DNA of 64,000 bases from Acidobacteriota bacterium (lineage in GTDB: Bacteria > Acidobacteriota > UBA6911 > RPQK01 > JADFOI01), in NCBI GenBank assembly GCA_963663035.1, contig OY760074.1, positions 2,496,001-2,560,000 of the forward strand. Direction: 5' to 3'. Below are positions 38,536 to 48,043 of the stretch, one piece after another. The first letter of the stretch is position 1. Each line of letters starts with the position of its first letter. Both the position numbers and the translations under genes were made by a program. Below the pieces are notes generated by a model. The model was not told where the DNA came from and made no database searches. It worked only from the letters and a program-made list of their open reading frames with translations.

Positions 38536-38892
38536 AGGAGACAGGAGTCAGGAGGTAGGAGGTAGGAGGTAGGAGACAGGAGACAGGAGTTAGGAGTCGG
38601 GAGTCGGAAAATAGCGCGCTTCGCGCGCAGAGAGAAAGAGAGAAAGGAAGGAGACTAGGGGGAAATTAGTGACTGTGAAAAATTTCGCGAATTTCGTCCG
38701 AGGGGCGACTTGGCCCGCAGGCTAAAGCCTGCGGCTCTGATGGATCTTACGAGGGACGGTCAGAGCCGTGGGCTTTAGCCCACGGGCCCACCCCCTAAAC
38801 ACACACCAGGCCTTTAAGGAACTGCTTGTCTGTCACTCATCTCAGGTTCTGACTCCTGCCTCCTGACTCCTACCTCCTACCTCCTACCTCCT
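38536..38892. repeat. Inverted heptamer arrays (AGGAG-NN)n at 38536-38607 and 38849-38892 around a REP family A doublet (38712-38788)
   Basis: Direct reading. Confidence 0.85.
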
Positions 38893-38934
38893 TTCCAATT
38901 CCCTCCTTGCATCAATTCGAGTATCCTCGGACTG

Positions 38935-40446
38935 ATGAAAGAAGGCACCAAGGCAGTCAGCATCATCGTATCCCGGGGACCCCATTCAAGAGAAGTCCTG
39001 CTGGTCAAACGCGATTCCCGCCTACCCTTTCTGGGGGGATACATTGCCTTCCCGGCAGGCGGTCTGGAGGATGAAGACGGTGAGACCGCACAGCTTTTTC
39101 GCTCCACTCACTCCCCAGAGTCAGAGCCAGCGGATGACCTCGAATTTCTGGCTGCCGCCGCCCGTGAGTTGTTTGAAGAAACCGGGATTTGGCTGGCACA
39201 AGGACCGCCTCTCTCGCGGAAGAAACTCCGTGACTACCGGCGCCAGATTCTCAGCCATCAGATTCGCTTCTCAGAGGTTTTGAAACGGGAAGATCAGAGG
39301 CTGCACAGCCGAGACCTGACACCGATTTTCCGCATCACCACGCCCCAGTTCATTCTGAAGTATTACGATACCTGGTTTTTGCACTGTCACATTCCGGCTG
39401 GAGAGGAGGTGGAAATCTGGCCGGGTGAGATAGAAGAGGGATACTTCATCAGTCCCGAAGAGATCCTGGAACGCTGGCGGCAGGGAACGGTGTTGATTGC
39501 TCCGGTCGTGCTGCTCCTCCTCCAGGAATTGGCCACTCACAACAGCGAGAGCTTTCTCCCTTCTGCTCGCCAACTGGGCGAGTCGCTTAATCGCGGCAAA
39601 CTACAACAGATCTACTTCAGCTGCGGGGTTCTGGTGGCACCTCTCAGGACTCCTACCAAACCACCTTCCACTCACACCAATGCCTACCTGGTGGGAGATA
39701 AGAAGCTCTACCTGATTGACCCAGCCACTCCCGACCCATCCGAACAGGAGAAACTCTGGCAACTTCTGGATGAACTCCTGGCACAGGGAAAGGGCATAGA
39801 AGGCATCCTTTTGACACACCATCATCCCGACCATGTGGGAGCAGTGAATCAGTGTCAACAGCGCTATCAACTTCCTGTATATGCCCACAGAGTGACGGCC
39901 GGGTATCTACCCGATATTGAGTTTTCAGGATACCTGGAACACGGTCAAGAGCTGGAGTTGGGTTTTTCACCCGACGGTCGGCCTGACTGGAAGCTCCACA
40001 TCTACCATCTCCCCGGACACGCCCCGGGACATCTCGTTTTTCAAGAAACTCGCTACCAGGCCCTGATCGCTGGGGATCTCATCTCGACAATCTCTTCCAT
40101 TCTCATTGACCCCACAGATGGTCACCTGGGCACCTACATCAAGTCTTTGCAGTTTCTGGAATCGGTGGTGGATGGACACCTTTATCCAGCTCATGGCCCC
40201 CCTGCCAGGGAAGGACGAAAAGTTGTCCAGACAGCCTTGCGTCATCGCCAAAAACGAAGACAGCAGATCCTTCAAACGCTTGACGCAACCCCACAAGTGC
40301 TTCAGAAACTCTTGAAAATAATTTACTCGAAGCTCAATCAAAAACTCTTGGGGTATGCCGAGCGCTCCTTACTCTCGAGCCTCAAACAACTGGTCGAGGA
40401 GGGGCAAGTGGAAGAAACCCGGGAAGGCTATCGACTCACCGACTGA
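38935..40446 (+). CDS. NUDIX plus metallo-beta-lactamase (LACTB2-like) fusion
   Basis: AARELFEETG; THHHPDHVG, PGHAPGH, AGD, PAHG. Confidence 0.88.
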   Translation: MKEGTKAVSIIVSRGPHSREVLLVKRDSRLPFLGGYIAFPAGGLEDEDGETAQLFRSTHSPESEPADDLEFLAAAARELFEETGIWLAQGPPLSRKKLRDYRRQILSHQIRFSEVLKREDQRLHSRDLTPIFRITTPQFILKYYDTWFLHCHIPAGEEVEIWPGEIEEGYFISPEEILERWRQGTVLIAPVVLLLLQELATHNSESFLPSARQLGESLNRGKLQQIYFSCGVLVAPLRTPTKPPSTHTNAYLVGDKKLYLIDPATPDPSEQEKLWQLLDELLAQGKGIEGILLTHHHPDHVGAVNQCQQRYQLPVYAHRVTAGYLPDIEFSGYLEHGQELELGFSPDGRPDWKLHIYHLPGHAPGHLVFQETRYQALIAGDLISTISSILIDPTDGHLGTYIKSLQFLESVVDGHLYPAHGPPAREGRKVVQTALRHRQKRRQQILQTLDATPQVLQKLLKIIYSKLNQKLLGYAERSLLSSLKQLVEEGQVEETREGYRLTD

Positions 40447-40466
40447 GCACGAGAGCGCGCTATGGG

Positions 40467-40645
40467 AGCCCGCATATCTCACACCGAGTCGTCGCGAAGC
40501 GGCGAAAGGACCGGCCTGACAAGGCGCGCGACAGAGGCCCCCGCAAACGTACTCTTGAGTACGTTGAGGACGGCCGACCGAGCGCAACACAGTCAGGTCG
40601 TATCATTGCGCCGATGCAGTAGACTTGGTGTGAGAAATGCGGGCT
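40467..40645. mobile_element. MITE family B variant
   Basis: TIR AGCCCGCATATCTCACACC / GGTGTGAGAAATGCGGGCT. Confidence 0.78.
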
Positions 40646-40690
40646 AGTCAGTGTGGGCTGGTAGATTTCTCTCACATCCGAATCAAACAG

Positions 40691-43600
40691 ATGTCTTCTA
40701 ACCTGGTTCTGGGGCCATCCTTTCCCATCCTCTTAGATCGGTTGCTGAAGCAACTCCGCCAATGTTGCCGGAGCGATCCGCTGGCACCCAAGTGGGTCGT
40801 GCTTCCCACTCCCACGGCGGCCAATCACTTTCGCATAAAGCTGGGACAGGGAGCAGAGGAGGCAGTCTTCTCAGGCGTGCGGGTCATTCCACTGTTGACT
40901 TTCATCCGCCGGCTCGAGGGGATGAGCGAGCCTACCGCCGCCCACCGCTGGGGACCCGCTCTGGACCTCCTTCTTTTCGAACTAGTGGAACAGCTCCCTT
41001 CAAGCTCCCCTCTGGCACAGCTGCAGCGCATGCCCAGTGGTTACCGTTTGCTCCGTCCGACTTTCCTGGATCTGGCAGAGGGCGGCTTTGGCCCCGACCA
41101 GTTGGAGATTCTGGAGGAGCTAGCAGATGAACCCGAGTTAGCTCCTGTGGAACGCGAGACGATTCAGCTCTATGCAGGCTGGATCCGTCTCTTGAATGAG
41201 CGCCAGCTGGGCTGGGAACCGATTGGGCATCAGCGGATTCCCGAGTGGATCATGGAATCCGATGAGAAGACTCTCCTGGATGCTCTGGCCTGCGAGCAAG
41301 GACAGACTCCACAGTTGTTCGTGTACGGCTTCTATGGCTTTACCGATGTCAGCGCCCAGATCATTGCAGCCCTGGGACGACGGACTGACCTGACAATGTT
41401 TTATCCTTTCCAGGAAGAAGGGAAGGAAACACATCCCGCCTTCTCTTTCGGTCAAGCTGTTCTGGAGGATCTAAAAGTTCGCTTTGGCACAGCCCTGTCC
41501 ACGCTCACCGAGGAACGCAGCCCACACCAGACCACCGACTTTTTCCTCTCCACCTTCCCGGAGGGTGAAGTTCGCCTTCAGCCTCCTTTCCTGACCTTCC
41601 AGTACGCTGCTGGGATTCGGGCCGAAGTTCTCTCTGCAGCCCTTCGTGTGCGTCAGTGGATGGAAGACAGTGAGAAGCCGATTCGTCCAGAGGAGATCAT
41701 GGTCGTGGCACCCGACACCTCACCCTATCTGGATGTCATTCGAGAGGTTTTCGCTGCCTTTGCCATCCCCCTCCGCATGGTCGATACCCCGGTGGGACTG
41801 ACTCCAGAAAACCGTCCTTTACGAATGCTGGCCCGCATCTGGGAGGACCGGGCTCCCGCAGAATGGATTCTGGCCTATTTGCGGGATTACCCAGAGGTGA
41901 CGGCAGCCCGAGACGTGAACGTGGATGCATTTGAATGGAAAGTTCGCCAACTGGGTGTCTGGGGAGGCACAAGCTGGCACTCTATCCTTCGACTGGAGGC
42001 TGACACAGAGGTCAAAGAGAGAAATCATCTCCAGTTCACCAGACCGGAGGCAGCACTGGTGAGAAAGATTCTGGAGCTGTGGGAAAGCAGTTCAGGCGGC
42101 GGGGAGCGTACCTTTACACCCCAGCAGGCTGATCATTTCCTGCACAGGCTCAAAGCGTGGCTTCAAGAACCGGCCCTCTTGGACCCCTTGTTGAAAGCAC
42201 TTCAATTCATGGAACCCTTTCGACCAGACCTTGTCATCAAGGAATCCATGCTTCGAGATATGCTCCTTCAGGCTGTGGACGATCAGGTCCAGACCGACCC
42301 AGCGGATCGCGTTGGAGTGCTCTTCGTTCCGTCCATGCGAGCCCGCAGTCTAACCTCAAGAGCCATTGTTCTTCTGGGGCTGTCCTCGGGAACCTGGCCT
42401 TCCCGTATCGAGGAAGATCCCCTTCTTTCAGATGCCTCACGGAGACGTCTGATTGCCAAAGCACGGGAGGTGGGACACCTGCTGCCGGTCAAGTCTCATG
42501 CCACAGAGGAAATGTCGCTGCTCTTCTTTTTGCTGAACTCCTCAGCCCAACGAGTTCATTGGGTCATTCCAGAGAGTGATGAGACGGGACGAAGCGTGGC
42601 TCCTACCCCCTGGGTGCAGCGCTATATCCAGCGTTGGCCGCAGGACCAGGAGAACGAGAAACTGTGGAGCAGAATCCCCCGTGGACCCGCCCAGCAGGCA
42701 AAAAATCTACTGAATCTGGACCCAGACAGAGGGGCCTTCGTGCCTCCCGCTCTCCTGCTCTTGATTCAGCCCGATTCGACAAGCCTCTTCTCGGGTGAGA
42801 TCCCTTACACCTACCTTTTCGCCGCACAGGAGTCGAGGCAGCGGGACCTCGCCTGGAACGGACACATTCCGGCGGCCTCTCTGCCCCTCACGGGAGAGCA
42901 AGGGGAGCGGGTTCGGGTAACGGATCTGGAGAGCCTTGCGAGATGTCCTTACCGCTTCTATGCAAACTGCTCAGAGGAATGGAAACCACTCATCCCACTG
43001 GAATTTGTCCACCAACTCAATGCTCTGGACAGGGGAAGTCTGGTGCACAGCCTCCTGGAGCACCTGATCCAGCCCGCACTCAACCAAAAAATTCCCGTGA
43101 GGCAAATCGCCCAAGCGATGCTGAACAATGAGGCCAAGGAGTTGCATCACACTGCCAGGGAATTCTTCTCACCACTTCCGAAAGAATTAGAGGTGCTTCC
43201 TTCCGTGTTTCGCCAGGCGGAGCTGGTAAAACTGGTGAAGATGGTCAAGAACTACTTTCAAGAAGTCGTGAAGGAAACCTGCGGAGGAGAGATTCCGATT
43301 GAGCTGGAACTCAAGGGAAGAGTGCCTTTTCCGGGACTGGAGGAACTGCTTATCTCAGGGCAAATCGATCGCATTGACCAGCGAAACGGACACTTTTACA
43401 TCTACGACTACAAAAGCGGCGCAGCACGCAAAGGGAAACAGTTCCAGCGGGAAGTTTCTCTTGGCTATCGGATACAGCCCACACTCTACCCCTGGATTTT
43501 CGGCCACCAGAAGTCCAACCAGCCCGAGGCAGCCTTTTCCTTCATCTTCTTGGGTGAGTCTCCACCCCAGGAAGAACCGGTGAATGATCACCCGGAAGCG

Positions 43601-43843
43601 GAGGAGTTGCTGCGTCCTTTGGCGGAAATACTCAAGACCGGGATGTACCTTCCCACTCCAACCGAGACCCTGAAGTTGCTTGAAATAGAGGGAGCAAACC
43701 CCTGTCAGTTCTGTGAGTACAGCTCTCTCTGCCGCCGCTTTGATGGGTACGCCCGTGATCGCTATTTCAGGTTCTCCCAAGAGCAGCTTTCCTCTCGCCT
43801 GGAGGCCATGAAAGATTCCGGCCAGGGAGAGCAGCGACCATGA
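40691..43843 (+). CDS. addB: AddB-like inactivated helicase / PD-(D/E)XK nuclease
   Basis: RCPYRFY, GQIDRID, YDYKSG, CQFCEYSSLC. Confidence 0.8.
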   Translation: MSSNLVLGPSFPILLDRLLKQLRQCCRSDPLAPKWVVLPTPTAANHFRIKLGQGAEEAVFSGVRVIPLLTFIRRLEGMSEPTAAHRWGPALDLLLFELVEQLPSSSPLAQLQRMPSGYRLLRPTFLDLAEGGFGPDQLEILEELADEPELAPVERETIQLYAGWIRLLNERQLGWEPIGHQRIPEWIMESDEKTLLDALACEQGQTPQLFVYGFYGFTDVSAQIIAALGRRTDLTMFYPFQEEGKETHPAFSFGQAVLEDLKVRFGTALSTLTEERSPHQTTDFFLSTFPEGEVRLQPPFLTFQYAAGIRAEVLSAALRVRQWMEDSEKPIRPEEIMVVAPDTSPYLDVIREVFAAFAIPLRMVDTPVGLTPENRPLRMLARIWEDRAPAEWILAYLRDYPEVTAARDVNVDAFEWKVRQLGVWGGTSWHSILRLEADTEVKERNHLQFTRPEAALVRKILELWESSSGGGERTFTPQQADHFLHRLKAWLQEPALLDPLLKALQFMEPFRPDLVIKESMLRDMLLQAVDDQVQTDPADRVGVLFVPSMRARSLTSRAIVLLGLSSGTWPSRIEEDPLLSDASRRRLIAKAREVGHLLPVKSHATEEMSLLFFLLNSSAQRVHWVIPESDETGRSVAPTPWVQRYIQRWPQDQENEKLWSRIPRGPAQQAKNLLNLDPDRGAFVPPALLLLIQPDSTSLFSGEIPYTYLFAAQESRQRDLAWNGHIPAASLPLTGEQGERVRVTDLESLARCPYRFYANCSEEWKPLIPLEFVHQLNALDRGSLVHSLLEHLIQPALNQKIPVRQIAQAMLNNEAKELHHTAREFFSPLPKELEVLPSVFRQAELVKLVKMVKNYFQEVVKETCGGEIPIELELKGRVPFPGLEELLISGQIDRIDQRNGHFYIYDYKSGAARKGKQFQREVSLGYRIQPTLYPWIFGHQKSNQPEAAFSFIFLGESPPQEEPVNDHPEAEELLRPLAEILKTGMYLPTPTETLKLLEIEGANPCQFCEYSSLCRRFDGYARDRYFRFSQEQLSSRLEAMKDSGQGEQRP

Positions 43844-46800
43844 GTACACAAGCACCAAGCGGCCTTTCAGACGCACCCGCTCGCAAGGAGGCCATCACCA
43901 CTCCCCACCATGCCTTTGTCTGGGCCAGTGCCGGTACCGGTAAAACACATACCCTGACTCTGCGGGCACTGTATCTGCTTTTGAATGCTCCCTTTCTTTC
44001 TTCAGAAGAGGGTGAGACTCGCGACTTCATGGCGGGAGGCCGTTCCCTCTACAGCGCTTCTTCGCGGCGGGAGCGCCTGAAGGCCGCCCGGGCCATTATT
44101 GCTTCCCTGGTCATGACCACCTTCACTCGCAAGGCCGCTGCCGAAATGCAAACCCGGCTCTACCGTTACCTGGAGAGCGTGAGCGCGGCAGAAAGCCTTT
44201 CCCAGCTGAAAGCCACCTTCGCCGCTTCACCGAATGACTTTGAAGATCCTCTCTTTTACGAGGTCATCCAGACCGTTTTGAACCATCTGGAGTCTGAGAG
44301 TTCGGGCCACGGGAAGGAAGCTTTCAAGCGTCTTCGGGCGGGAGCCCAGGCCCTGGCCGAACAGGCGGCCCAACTGCAGATCTCCACCATCCACAGCTTC
44401 GCTGCTTCCATCCTTCGCCGTCATCCGCTTCAGGCCGGGATCCCACCCACGGCTCGGTTCTCCAAGGAGAGCAAAGACGATCTGATCGGGATAGACGATC
44501 AGCTGGTGGAGCGCTGGTGGCAGCGGAGGGTCCTGGTCGATCCTCAACTTCAGGAACAGCTGGCCAAGCTTCTCCAGGTGCTGCCGGTATCACAAATACA
44601 GGACTGGTTGAAGCAAAGTTATCACTGCCCCTGGATCAGCGAAGAAACTGACGCTTTTCCCTTGCACGACCAAAAGGAGATGCAAGATCTGACCGATGCG
44701 GGTCACGCCCTGGTAGGAGCTCTGGCTGAGGGAGGAAGCGACAAGATCGAGAGAAAACGCGACGAGCTGGATCTCAGACTCCAATCTATCGCTGATGGTG
44801 AGCAGGGGGCCTGGGGGCAGCTGTGTGGCTTTATCCAGCAGGTCAAAGGGTACCTTTTCCTGGACAGAAAGATCCCCAAGAAAATCCGCGACGCCCTCAC
44901 CGGACTCCCACCCGAGCATTCTCGGTACTTTCAGTCGTGGACCAGTTTCTATGTCCCGGCGGCCCGCATCTGCTTGGCTCAGGATTTTGCCCAGACCTGG
45001 GAGGTCTGGACCCAATTCCTTGAGAGCTTCGTTGGCTGGGCCCAGAGGGCTGCGATTCGTGAGCTGGGCATCATTACCTTCGACGAGATGATTCGCCTGG
45101 CCATCAGACTCCTGGAAAATCATCCCTCCATCCGTCAGTCCGAGCAGGGAAAACTTCAGGCCCTCTTGGTGGATGAGTTCCAGGACACGGACCCCGACCA
45201 GCTTCGGCTCTTCAAAGCTCTATTGAAGCGCGAATCCCACAACGGGCATGAGGTTCTCGGTTTTTTCGTGGGGGACACCAAACAATCCATCTACCGCTTC
45301 AGAAGGGCTGATGTTCTTTCCATAGAGGATTTCCGTCGCAATTATAAGACCTACACCCGCTGCCAACTGAAGCGCAGCGAGTTTCATTTGAAAACGAGCT
45401 TCCGAAGCGTGAGAGCAGTCACCCAATTCGTGAATCACTTCTTCGAAAACGAGCTGCCTCTCACAGAGGAAGGTGACGAGCTGGTGCCCTTTCGATCAGA
45501 AGAGAGGGTCCCCCCCGAATGGATTTTGATCGACACAGACGAGGAGGGAAAGAGCTTCACGATAGACAAGGCAAGAGACTACGCCGCGGCTGAGACCCTG
45601 CGGCTCATCCAGGAGTATCTCAAGACTTCTGACTCGCCGGAGCCTACTTACAAGGATTTTCTGGTCCTGGTCAGAGGCTGGCAGGAGGTTGACGCTCTCC
45701 TGCCGGTTCTCCAGAAAGCCGGTATTCCCGTCATCAGCAGCGGGGCCAGGAGTTTCTTTTGCCAACCCGAGGTTCTGGATCTGCTGAATCTGCTCATCGC
45801 GCTTCTTCATCCTCAGGATAAACTGGCTGTGGCAGCCATATTGCGAAGTCCGCTTTTGTGTCTGCCCGATACACAGATCCACGATCTGTTGAAGGAGATC
45901 CCTCCGGAACAGCTGCTTCACTCTCAGAAGACCCTCCCCGAGTTTCTTCCCCTCCAGGTCCGAACCAGGATAGAGCATCTACGAAAGCTGGCCGCAGAAC
46001 GCCTGAAGAAGACGCTCTCCGAGTGGCTGGTGGACATCCGGGCCTTTATCCCAGCGGCCCTTTACAGCGAGCCTGGGGATCAGGAAGGCCGACCGTTTGT
46101 TCGACTCGAGCGTGTCCTGGAGGACTTCAAAGAAGAGATGGAAATGACCCTGATACCTCCTCTGGTCTGGCTGCTGAAGCAGCGAGCTCGGGCTGGGGAG
46201 ACAGATAGGTGGCATGGTCACCCGGGAGAAGACATCACGGTCGCTGATGAGAACGTCAATGCGGTTCGGGTGATGACGATTCACAAAGCCAAGGGCCTGG
46301 AAGGACGCTTTACCATTGTCTATGGATGGAGTTCGGTTCTCTCGAACCTGGCAAAGCGACCAGGAAGAGGAAGTCTTCCGCAGTTGATCAGCCTGACCAA
46401 CCAGAAGGGTCAGACACTGCAGGCTTTCTCCCTGAGATGGGGATCGCTGCAGCTTTTCTCTTCATCCTATATGGAAGCCCTAAAGGAGGAACAAGAAGGC
46501 ACCCATGCCGAGACCAGACGTCTGGCTTACGTGGCCGCCACCCGTGCCCGCGATCGACTGGTTCTCTTGTGCCCCAAATCGAAGGGCACTTCTTTCTCCA
46601 AGGAAATCCGCGACCTCATCGAATCTGCCAAGAAGAAACTGCCGGATGACTCGCAAGATGGAGAGGTCACTATTTGTAATGACCGGCTGCGTTTTGTTCG
46701 CCGTCCGGGCGTAGAAGTCGCTCCCTCAACAGAGCCGCTGCCGGCCCTGAAGTGGAGCCGGGACAACTACAAATCTCTGTGGGAAGATCGCTACTCTGAG

Positions 46801-47388
46801 TTCAGGGCGCCCCCGCCTCCACTGCTCTGCCACCCCTCTGACCCGGAACACCGGCAAGAAGAGGAGCACCGGGAAGATCATCACTACTTCCCGGAAGCGG
46901 ATCGGGAAACCAGGCTGCTGACGGGCAGTCTGGTACACACCTATCTTGAACGGTATCTTCTCCATGATGCTTTCGAACCGGAAAAACTCGCTGCACTTCT
47001 GAGCGGGCCGCCTGAGCTGACTTCGGATTCGAAGGCCCTTGAATCAGCCGAGGGAGTGCTGAGGAAATTTTACGCTGGAGACTTGTTGGACACCTCCGGC
47101 AAACCCTATCTGGAACGTGTGCGGACGGCCAGGATTCTGGGACGTGAAGTACCGGTCTATCTGCTTGACCAAGGTCAAGCCTGGCACGGAGTCATCGACC
47201 TGGTGTTGGAGGAGGAGGGGATAATCCGAGCCGTCGACTACAAGACCATCGCTGCCAAGGCGTCGCTTCCCAAGTCTTATGCTCAACAGGAGCGAATATA
47301 CAGCGAAGCCCTCAGGCGCCTCTTTCCCCACCAAAGCGTCGCCTTCGAATTCTGGTGGCTGGGGGAACCGCTGACCACTGACCACTGA
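43840..47388 (+). CDS. addA: AddA-like UvrD helicase-nuclease
   Basis: ASAGTGKT, TFTRKAA, VDEFQDT, TIHKAKGLE, YVAATRA, IDLV...DYKT. Confidence 0.88.
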   Translation: MSTQAPSGLSDAPARKEAITTPHHAFVWASAGTGKTHTLTLRALYLLLNAPFLSSEEGETRDFMAGGRSLYSASSRRERLKAARAIIASLVMTTFTRKAAAEMQTRLYRYLESVSAAESLSQLKATFAASPNDFEDPLFYEVIQTVLNHLESESSGHGKEAFKRLRAGAQALAEQAAQLQISTIHSFAASILRRHPLQAGIPPTARFSKESKDDLIGIDDQLVERWWQRRVLVDPQLQEQLAKLLQVLPVSQIQDWLKQSYHCPWISEETDAFPLHDQKEMQDLTDAGHALVGALAEGGSDKIERKRDELDLRLQSIADGEQGAWGQLCGFIQQVKGYLFLDRKIPKKIRDALTGLPPEHSRYFQSWTSFYVPAARICLAQDFAQTWEVWTQFLESFVGWAQRAAIRELGIITFDEMIRLAIRLLENHPSIRQSEQGKLQALLVDEFQDTDPDQLRLFKALLKRESHNGHEVLGFFVGDTKQSIYRFRRADVLSIEDFRRNYKTYTRCQLKRSEFHLKTSFRSVRAVTQFVNHFFENELPLTEEGDELVPFRSEERVPPEWILIDTDEEGKSFTIDKARDYAAAETLRLIQEYLKTSDSPEPTYKDFLVLVRGWQEVDALLPVLQKAGIPVISSGARSFFCQPEVLDLLNLLIALLHPQDKLAVAAILRSPLLCLPDTQIHDLLKEIPPEQLLHSQKTLPEFLPLQVRTRIEHLRKLAAERLKKTLSEWLVDIRAFIPAALYSEPGDQEGRPFVRLERVLEDFKEEMEMTLIPPLVWLLKQRARAGETDRWHGHPGEDITVADENVNAVRVMTIHKAKGLEGRFTIVYGWSSVLSNLAKRPGRGSLPQLISLTNQKGQTLQAFSLRWGSLQLFSSSYMEALKEEQEGTHAETRRLAYVAATRARDRLVLLCPKSKGTSFSKEIRDLIESAKKKLPDDSQDGEVTICNDRLRFVRRPGVEVAPSTEPLPALKWSRDNYKSLWEDRYSEFRAPPPPLLCHPSDPEHRQEEEHREDHHYFPEADRETRLLTGSLVHTYLERYLLHDAFEPEKLAALLSGPPELTSDSKALESAEGVLRKFYAGDLLDTSGKPYLERVRTARILGREVPVYLLDQGQAWHGVIDLVLEEEGIIRAVDYKTIAAKASLPKSYAQQERIYSEALRRLFPHQSVAFEFWWLGEPLTTDH

Positions 47389-47471
47389 CAACTGACAACT
47401 GAGTGATGGATTGATGTATCATTTATGGTGACATAAACACAAATTGTGATTGATGAAAAGGAGAGACGAAC

Positions 47472-47960
47472 ATGCCCAGCAAGAAAATGGAAAGTGCTCT
47501 GAATCAGCAGATTCAGAGTGAGTTTTACTCCGCATATTTATATCTGGCGATGTCGGCCTACTGCCAGGAAAGCAACCTGGATGGCTTGGCACACTGGATG
47601 CAGGTCCAGAGCCGGGAGGAGATCGGGCATGCGATGAGGATCTATAATTACTTACAAAGTCGCGGTGCCAGGGTGGTCCTTCAGGCCATCGATCGACCTC
47701 CTGAAAGCTTCAAGTCCCCCCGACGGATGTTTGAGCAAGCTCTCAAACACGAGCAGGAAATCAGCACGGCATTCCACAAACTTTACAAGTTAGCCCAAGA
47801 CGAGAGCGACTACGCCACCGAAGTGGAACTGCAGTGGTTTATTACTGAGCAGGTCGAGGAAGAGAAGACTGCGGGTGATATCTTGCAAAGACTGATCCTG
47901 GTCGGAGATCATCCGGGAAGCTTGCTGATGATCGATCACCAACTCGGCTCGCGGAAGTAA
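47472..47960 (+). CDS. ftnA: Non-heme ferritin
   Basis: EFYSAYLY, EEIGHA, HE, LQWFITEQVEEE. Confidence 0.93.
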   Translation: MPSKKMESALNQQIQSEFYSAYLYLAMSAYCQESNLDGLAHWMQVQSREEIGHAMRIYNYLQSRGARVVLQAIDRPPESFKSPRRMFEQALKHEQEISTAFHKLYKLAQDESDYATEVELQWFITEQVEEEKTAGDILQRLILVGDHPGSLLMIDHQLGSRK

Positions 47961-47970
47961 CGACACGTCT

Positions 47971-48043
47971 TCGCGGCCTGAGGCCGCTCCCACATTCTCC
48001 CAACCGCAGGGACGGGAAGGTGGGAGCCGCCTCAGTGCGGCGA
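47971..48043. repeat. Inverted REP pair (GTGGGAGC-type), possible bidirectional terminator
   Basis: TCGCGGCCTGAGGCCGCTCCCAC ... GTGGGAGCCGCCTCAGTGCGGCGA between convergent genes. Confidence 0.65.

Noticed and set aside
38536-38892. CRISPR array
   Set aside because: Tandem heptamers without unique spacers; no cas genes; no repeat-spacer array seen anywhere in the window
40691-47388. Novel helicase-nuclease defence system
   Set aside because: Order and motifs fit ordinary AddAB-type recombination repair
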